64,000 nt of DNA from Dictyostelium discoideum. Lineage: Eukaryota. Shown here one piece after another: positions 56,155 to 64,000 of the stretch (the first letter of the stretch is position 1; every line of letters begins with the position of its first letter). The notes under the pieces are model-generated. The model made no database searches. It was not told the DNA's origin and saw only the letters and a list, made by a program, of their open reading frames with translations. The stretch is from assembly GCA_000004695.1 (NCBI GenBank), contig CM000150.2:1728001-1792000 (forward strand), given 5' to 3'. The translations under genes and the position numbers were made by a program.

Positions 56155-57000
56155 TTATTTAAGTAAAGTTTTAAGATTTTTTGGGAGTAGATTATTCGTT
56201 AATTGTAAATTTGGACAATCCAAAGTTAGAGTTGTGAGAGAATTTGGGAATATTTCATCTGGTAAATTATGTTCCTGTGTCTGGATATCTAATGATGTTA
56301 AATTTTTAAAACCAGAAAAAGGATTTATCAGTGTTGAATCCAAGGGAATATAAATTGAAAGTGTTTGAATTGATTTTGGTAATTGTTGATAATCAGAGCA
56401 ACTATTCAATGTTAAACTTGTAATATTTGGTAGGAAGATATCCTTTAAGTTATTGGAAGTTTCATGGACATCAAAAACTAAAGTTTTAATTGATATTGGT
56501 AATGAGTTTGATTCAATTTTAGAACCTCTAGAACCAAGGAATTCCAATGATGTAACATTATGTGGAATCATTCCTCTTTTAATTTTTTGATCGAAAGAAG
56601 AATCAAATGTTAATGAAGTTGTGCCACCAGGTATTGATTTTGAATTTGAATCTCTAACTGTTGAATTTGGAATTAATTTAATTGAATTGTTTTTTGAATT
56701 AAAATGGTAGTTGAGGTCTGTAATTGATTTTGGTATTGATCCATTCAAAATGGTACCTTTATTGATTCAATAGTTCTTGGTAACCATGGTATACCATTTG
56801 AATCACTTAATGCTTGATTAAATCTACTACCAAAATTAATGGTTTTAAGAGTATTACCAATGATGTTACAAGTTAATGCTTGGTCAAACTTTGAAAATGA
56901 AATGGATAACAATGTATCAGGTATCCAATGATCTCCTAATATAAAATTTGAGCAATCAATATATTTTTTCTACACCCGATGGAATTGGATATTTATCTTT
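56155..57000 (-). pseudogene. FNIP-repeat protein gene fragment (copy A)
   Basis: The minus ORF 56155..56748 has repeated 22-23 aa FNIP units (SIPGGTTSLTFDSSFDQKIKRGMIPHNVTSLEF; LPKSIQTLSI; IPNSLTTLTL). Upstream the frame is broken by stops. Confidence 0.5.
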
Positions 57001-57639
57001 TGTTAAAACTATCTCACTCTTTAAGTTGATTTTACTTAAATAATTTCTATATTTATATGTCAATAATTCATTTAATGATTTGGGCAATACAATATTTATC
57101 ATAATTATTATTATATAATCTAAGATAAAATAAAATTGTTTTCCTTAAAATCATATTTCCCCAAACTTTTTTAAATAATATATAATTATAATCAATATAT
57201 TGATTTAATTCTTTATTAATTTGGTCCAATGGTAATGATTTTAAAATTAATTGATTATTATTATTAATGATTTGATGATTTAAATTATTTTTAATAATTA
57301 TTTGAATTGAACAATCGAATGCTATTCTTTTATTTCTATTGATAGTTATATTATTATTATTATCTTATTACTATTATTATTATTATCTGCTATTGAATGA
57401 TTATATATATTGTATTGAATAGAATCATTTTTATTAGTGAAAGAATTTTTTATAAATACACCCCAAAATATTAATATGTAAATGATTATTTATTATTTGA
57501 AATTGTTGATAATTTAATCCTTTTAAATCATTTAAATAATTTTGTTCTTTTTCTTCTTCTTGTCTATATATAAAAATAATTAATAATAGTAAAGATGAGT
57601 GTGTTAACGAATGAATGAATGAGTGAGTGAATGAATGAA

Positions 57640-57712
<73 letters not shown>

Positions 57713-58056
57713 TAATAAAAATAGGGTATAATGAATATTAATAAATAATTAAACTATTATTATAACATACATTGATATTTTTCTTTTTTTTTGAATGTTT
57801 CCGATATTGTTTTTATCATTGATATTATTACAATATTCTTGTAATTGATTAAATGTTATATTTAAATTATTAATTGATAATATTAATAAACAATATAAAA
57901 ATTCTTCACTTTCATTTTTATTATTATTATTATTATTGTTATAATTATTAATTAAATAATAATAAATGATATTATCCATTTTTAAAAAAAAAAAAAATAA
58001 AAAAATAAATAAAAAACACCAAAAGTTTTGTCTGAAAAAAAAAAAAAAAAAAAAAA

Positions 58057-58416
58057 TTAAACATTAAATGTTTTAAAATCAGAGAAACCACCCACTGTTA
58101 AATTTGTAATGCTTGGTGGCAATATATCCTTTAGGTTATTGATAGATTTATGTTTAAGAAGAACCAAAGTTTTAATTGAGATTGGTAATGAATTTGCTTC
58201 AATAAGACAACCTTCATAATTTTTGAACTCTAATGATGTAACATTATGTGGAATCATTCCTTTTTTAATTGTTTGGTTGAAATGATAACCAAATGTTAAT
58301 GAAGTTGTACCACCAGGTATTGATTTTGAATTTGACATGAAGAAAAAGAACAAACCTTTTTAAATGATTTAAAAGGATTAAATTATCAACAATTTCAAAT
58401 AATAATAATAATAATA

Positions 58417-58447
<31 letters not shown>

Positions 58448-58760
58448 TCAATTAATTTTAAAATCGTTACCATTTGATCAAATTAATAAAATTAAATTAA
58501 ATAAAGAATTAAATCAATATATTGATTATAATTATATATTATTTAAAAAAGTTTGGGGAAATATAGTTATTAGGAAAATAATTTTATTTCATCTTAGATT
58601 ATATAATATTAATAATTGTACTATTGAATTTACATTAAATGGTTTATCAACATATAAATATAGAAATTATTTAAGTAAAATCATATTAGAATGAGAAGAT
58701 AGTGAGATAGTTTTAACAAAAGATAAATATCCAATTTCATCAAGTGTATAGTTAATTAAT
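58057..58760. pseudogene. FNIP-repeat gene fragments in head-to-head arrangement (FNIP repeats on minus 58057..58353; N-terminal-like region on plus 58440..58760)
   Basis: The minus ORF reads ...SIPGGTTSLTFGYHFNQTIKKGMIPHNVTSLEF... The plus strand at 58500-58760 encodes KLNKELNQYIDYNYILFKKVWGNIVIRKIILFHLRLYN...SEIVLTKDKYPI. This is an inverted copy of the minus-strand sequence at 57050-57300. Confidence 0.45.
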
Positions 58761-59068
58761 TAAATAATAATAAATGATATTATCCATTTTTCTGAAAAAT
58801 TTTAAAAAAAAAATAAAATAAAAAATAAAAAATAAAAAAACAAAAAACGTTATTTTGACAAAATTTTTGGGAAAATAAAAAAATTGTGAAGATTTATAGT
58901 ATTTTTTTTTTTTTTTTCAACAATGATTTAATTTTATATTTATGGATTTAATAAAGATAAATATAACACTAAAAAATACACAAAATGACATAATGATGAT
59001 GATTTAAATCAAACATTGAGTATTACATGTTTGATAAAGAAATCTAAACTAATAGAGTTTATACAATT

Positions 59069-60330
59069 TTAACTATCGTTTGGAATATAAAGAGATTCGA
59101 ATGAAGATGGCCAAATTAAATCTGGTAATTTTTTAAAAACAAGTTGAGAGCTAGAAAAATAAAATGATTTTAAATTTGGTGGTAACGCATCTCTATCGAT
59201 AGTTAAATTAAAATCAATACCTAAATGTAATGAAGTGAGTGATTGTGGTAATACATCTTTTTGAATTGGTTGAGAGAATGATGGTAATTTTAATATTTCT
59301 ATTGATGATGGTAGATTACCAACATTTATAGATTGGCTAAAATATGATAACTCTAAAACCTTTAGATTTCTTGGGAGGAGGTTATTCGTTAATTGTAAAT
59401 ATTGGCAATCCAAAATTAGAGTTGTGAGAGAATTTGGTAATATTGAATCTGGTAAATTATCTTCAATTGTTGAGCAACCTAATGATGTTAAATGTTTAAA
59501 ACCAGAAAAAGGATTTATCAATGTTGAATCTAAGTAAGTACCTATTTTAAGTTTTTTAATTGATTTTGGTAATTGTTGATAATCAGAGCAACCATTCACA
59601 GTTAAATTTGTAATGCTTTGTGGTAATATATCCTTAGAGTTTTAAGTGTACCAAGAACTAAAGTTTTAATTGATATTGGTAATGAGTTTGCTTCAATATC
59701 ATAACCATTGGAACCAGAGAATTCCAATGATGTAACATTATGTGGAATCATTCCTTTTTTAATTGTTTGATTGAAATTATAATCAAATTCCAACGAAGTT
59801 GTACCACCAGGTATTGATTTTGAATTTTCATCTCTAACTGTTGAATTTGGAATTAATTTAATTGAATTGTTTGAATGGAATTGATAGTTGAGGTCTTTAA
59901 TTGAGTTTGGTATTGATCCATTCACAATGATACCTTTATAATTTTCATCAAGAGTTAAAGATGTAAGTGATGGTGGTAATTCATCTCTATTAATTGATTG
60001 TTGAAATGATTCTCCAAAACGTATTGATTCAAGAGTTCTTGGTAACCATGGTATACCATTTGAATCACTTAATGATTGATTAAATCTATCACCAAAATCA
60101 ATGGTTTTAAGAGTATTACCAATGATGTTACGAGTTAATTCTTGATCAAACTTTGAAAATGAAATGGATAGCAATGTATCAGGTATCCAATGATATCCTA
60201 ATTTCATATTTGAACAATTAATTTGTAAATCTTCTACACTCGATTGAATTGGATATTTATCTTTTGTTAAAACTATTTCACTATCTTCACATTCTAATCT
60301 AATTCCACTTAAATAATTTCTATATTTATA
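59069..60330 (-). pseudogene. FNIP-repeat protein gene fragment (copy B), frame-disrupted duplicate of copy A
   Basis: The ORFs 59602..60207 and 59069..59599 are collinear with copy A but separated by an in-frame stop or indel (…ISIKTLVLGTLKTLRIYYHKALQI* versus copy A …ISIKTLVFDVHETSNNLKDIF…). Upstream sequence is shared with copy A (SEIVLTKDKYPIQSSVEDL). Confidence 0.5.
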
Positions 60331-61776
60331 TGTTGATAAATCATTTGATGTTATTTGATTAATATAATATTATTATCTGTTATTGAATGATTATATATAT
60401 ATTATCTTGTATTGAACAGAATTATTAGTGAAAGAATTTTTTAAAATTTGTTAATGATTATTTATTATTTGAAATTGTTGATCATTTAATCATTTTAAAT
60501 CATATAAATAACTTTGTTCTTTTTCTTCTTGTCTATTTATAAAAATATTTAATATAAGGAGGATGATGAGTGTGTTAATGAATGAATGAATAATAAATAA
60601 TTAGACAATCGTTATAAAATGAAAAATAAAAATTTTTTTTTTTTAAAACATGTCTGATTTATGGCAAATATTTTTTTTTTTTTTTTTTTAAGAATTTACC
60701 ATTCATTTTTACAACAATTACAAAAATTGGAATTTTAAAAAAATGAATTGGTATAAAAAAGTTTTTAAAGGGAAAAAAAAAAAATTGGTTTGGAATAAAA
60801 AAAAAAAAAAAATTAAAAATAAATTAAATGAGGTAAAATTATAATCAAATTAATAAACCTGTTCATTATTTTTTTAGTTTTCATTAAAAAAATTTTAATA
60901 CAAATAAAAATAAAATAAATAATGAATTGGTATAAAAAAAAAATTTATGAGGAAAAAATATATTCATAATGTGGAAACTATAAAAAAATAATGTTTAAAA
61001 AAAAGGGGGGTAGGGGTGAAAAAAAGAAAAAAAAAAGGGGAAAACTTAAATATTATTATTTTATACCACCTACATTTATTATGAAAATTCCACAATAAAA
61101 ATTTTAACTCAATTAATAATAATGTTTTAAATTTAATATGTATCATTCATCCATATGATATTTCTGAACCAATCAATTCCCTTCCATGGACTTCTGATGA
61201 TCCTCATGTTATAGCCATCAACCTTCCAGATTGTTATGAATATAGTATACAAGTTTGAATGATAATTTTTTGATCATTTTAAACATTACCAAAAAACATA
61301 AACAAATATTTTTAAAATAATTAAACCAAATTATTATTATTATTTTTTTTTTTTATTTTTAATTTTTTTTTTTTTATCATAAATTTTTTTTATACCAGTT
61401 CAATAAAAAAAAAAAAAAATTGATTTACTTTGATTTGATTTAATTGAATAGGTTTATTTTTTATTTTTAAAGTTTTATTAATTTCTTATTTTAATTTATT
61501 TTATAATTGAATTGCAAAAATAAAATAATTTTGAAAAAATTAAAAAAAAAAAATTAAAAAAAAACAGAATAGATTCATTTTTTTTATATTTAATATCTTT
61601 TTGAGTGCTCTATTTATCTAAAACAAATTCACATATAAAAATGATTGTTGTGAATGAAAAAAAAAAAAAAAACCCCCTTCTTGTTTTCTGAGAAACTAAA
61701 ACTGAATAAAAAAGATGAAGATAAACTTTGCTTAAAACTAAGTTTTAAAAATTAAAAAAAAAGCCATTTATTTTAC

Positions 61777-61844
<68 letters not shown>

Positions 61845-62257
61845 GTGAAAGAATTTTTTAAGATTTGTAAATGATTATTTATTATTTGAAATTGTTGATA
61901 ATTTAATCTCTTTAAATCATTTGAATAGCTTTTTTGTTTTTCTTCTTCTTGTCTATATATAAAAATAATTAAAAATAATAATGATGATGAGTGTGTTAAT
62001 GAATGAATGAGTGAATGAATAAATAATAAAAAGAATAAATAATTAAACTATTATTATAAAATACAATGATATTTTTCTTTTTTTTGAATGTTTCGGGTAT
62101 TGTTTTTATCATTGATATTATTACAATATTCTTGTTAACTGGTTGGCTCCCAGGTTTTTTTTTTTTTGTCTTTTTATATGAAAAATGAAATAATCAAAAA
62201 AAGAGATTGTTGTTTTTTGTTTTTTTCGATCTCAAATTAAGTAATAACCTTTTTTTT

Positions 62258-62322
62258 GAATAGAATAACGCAATTTTTAGTTGCTTCTTCTTGAGATATC
62301 TCATTTTATTTTGAATAATTAA
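62258..62322 (-). mobile_element. solo TRE5-type 3' terminal unit with short poly-A (mini-fragment) adjacent to the next element
   Basis: T8 is followed by GAATAGAATAACGCAATTTTTAGTTGCTTCTTCTTGAGATATCTCATTTTATTTTG. This is the same unit as at 31465. Confidence 0.5.
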
Positions 62323-62329
62323 TTAATGA

Positions 62330-62331
<2 letters not shown>

Positions 62332-62366
<35 letters not shown>

Positions 62367-62677
62367 AATTGGATAACGCAATTATTATTTGCTTCTCCTT
62401 GAGATGCTAGATCTCATTTTATTTTTTTTTTTTTTTTACAGGGTCTTTTTGATTAAAACATCTTTTTTGTCCAAACTTTTTTCTAAATCTTTTTTTATTT
62501 TATCGTCTGGTTCGTGATTGATGTTTATGACGTATTTGAATTGTTTTTTTTTTAATTGAGTTTTATCCACAATTTCGCTTATTTTTTGTAGGCATTTGTG
62601 TTGCTTAATATTTGTGGTGTTGTTTGTGATTTTCAATTTATTTTCTTTCTATCTTTTTTATTTTTCTGATTAACTTG

Positions 62678-62736
<59 letters not shown>

Positions 62737-64000
62737 TTATAGAAAGTACTGAGTGAATTATTGTATTTTTTGAGATGTTTAGGAAGTTCTATTGCGGGTG
62801 TTGATGATGATTTGTGACACCCCTTGTCCTGTTTTATCAATTGGTGCGTGGTGTGTTATTTTGTTTTTATATTGTTGATTTATTGAGTAAATTTTATTTG
62901 TTTTTATATTTGTTTCAGTTAGAAGTGCTGCGTCCAGCTTGTTGTTGTCTAAAACAAAAAAATTATGCGGCAAAAGGATGGTGTTGGATCCTTGGACGTT
63001 CCAAACACCTATTCTTGTTGTGTTTTTCTTTATAGTTTTATTTGGGGTAGATTTTTATCTACCTTTTGAAGTTTCTGGTTTATTTTGTCTTCTAACTGAT
63101 CTTTACTTGTTCGTTGTGTTGTTGGTCTGGGGTTTGTGGGTTTTTTGATTTATTGATTTGTTTTAGAATTCCTTGTTGAAGTTGTCTATTCTTTCATCCA
63201 TTTTGTTTTTTATGCTTTTTTGTCCATATTCACCCAATTTTGGTTTGACTGGTGTTTGTTGGTCTTGTTTGTTTTGTCTTGTTGTTCTTTTTTGGTGTGT
63301 TTAACAATTTACTTGGTGAATCGATAATTTTCGATGGTGTACCATAGGTTGGGCTGAAACTCATGATATGTTTTATTGGAGAGGAGAAGAACCATTGATT
63401 TGAAGGGATTGAAAGTGGGAATTCTATTTTTCTTATTGCATCAGTGTTTGGGCTGGTGAAGTCGAAGATATCATTTGCCTCTCTAAGTTTTTCTTCCGTT
63501 GTTAGTCCCTTTGTTTCGCCGTGTTGTTTTATTGGTGTATTGTATGGAGATGGTGGTTCGATAGGTTTTTCTGATTTTGTTTTAATTTCTTGATTGTTTA
63601 TCGATTGTGTATTGATCTCATTCTCTATTCTTGTTAGTTCATCTACGTTTTCTAGTGATGCTTCTATTACCTTTTGAGCTGTATCATCTAGGGCCATAAA
63701 TGTTTTATCATTAGATGAGGATGTGATTGGTGGGATAATGATTGTTCTTTTTCCTTGTTTTGGTATTTGTTCTGATGTAGATTGTGGTTGTTGTTCATCT
63801 GATTGTTTTTTATTTTTGTTTTCTTCTTGATTTTCTGGTAATGAGGTTTGATCTCTCCATCCTTTGTTGGAGTGTCCAATTAATGTTAGATTGTCTAGTT
63901 CAATGATAGTGTCAAATTCTTCTACGACTCTTTTCACTGTTTTGATAATTAGAGTTTCGCCTTTAATTTCTGATTTAATTAGTTTACATCCTTCATTTTC
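62332..64000 (-). mobile_element. TRE5-like non-autonomous non-LTR retroelement copy (M2) with A36 tail; extends beyond the right edge of the window
   Basis: T36 at 62332-62367 is followed by GAATTGGATAACGCAATTATTATTTGCTTCTCCTTGAGATGCTAGATCTCATTTT. The minus ORFs 62436..62636 (identical to 45171..45371) and 63230..63937 (ORF1-like) continue in frame upstream past 64000 (…KLIKSEIKGETLIIKTVKRVVEEFDTII…). Confidence 0.65.

Overview
This window is Dictyostelium discoideum-type nuclear DNA. It is extremely AT-rich outside exons, with very long homopolymer and (AAT)/(CAA) triplet runs, short AT-rich introns with GTAAGT...AG boundaries, and poly-Q/poly-N coding tracts. No prokaryotic system, CRISPR array or operon-like structure is present. 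The left 45 kb is an ordinary gene-dense region that I could assemble into spliced gene models. These are: the C-terminal half of an MFS transporter; a CUE/Smr-domain protein; a coiled-coil protein; ALG3 mannosyltransferase (4 exons); adenylyl cyclase acrA (ACR/ACB, 2 exons, 2123 codons, with a roughly 840-bp CAA repeat at its 3' end); a kinesin-13 (kif6-like) with an N-terminal SAM exon that is out of frame with the motor at an A7 homopolymer; the OCRL-like inositol 5-phosphatase/RhoGAP Dd5P4 (2 exons, 787 codons); a Mic10-like small protein; a PAT1 homologue (4 exons); an 825-aa N/Q-rich protein; two tandem paralogous secreted EGF-module proteins; and a SET+MYND (SMYD-like) protein. The accessory content is a tRNA-centred retroelement landscape. 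tRNA-Lys(CUU) (+) and tRNA-Arg(ACG) (-) sit 500 bp apart. Each has a 5'-truncated TRE5-type non-LTR retroelement 3' fragment about 46-48 bp upstream of its 5' end in head-to-head orientation; the tRNA-Arg one carries a 12-13 bp target-site duplication. Downstream B-box-like elements, an inverted-duplicated mosaic of element fragments around a GC-rich core, and a tandem 270-bp repeat array lie nearby. From 45 to 56 kb a minus-strand TRE5-like non-autonomous element is truncated by a full-length, apparently intact APE-RT-zinc-finger non-LTR retrotransposon (ORF1 plus ORF2, 4-nt overlap). That element is followed in tandem by a second copy riddled with deletions, frameshifts and a nonsense codon. 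From 56 to 62 kb there are scrambled FNIP-repeat gene fragments with dispersed local repeats. A further minus-strand TRE5-like element runs off the right end of the window.
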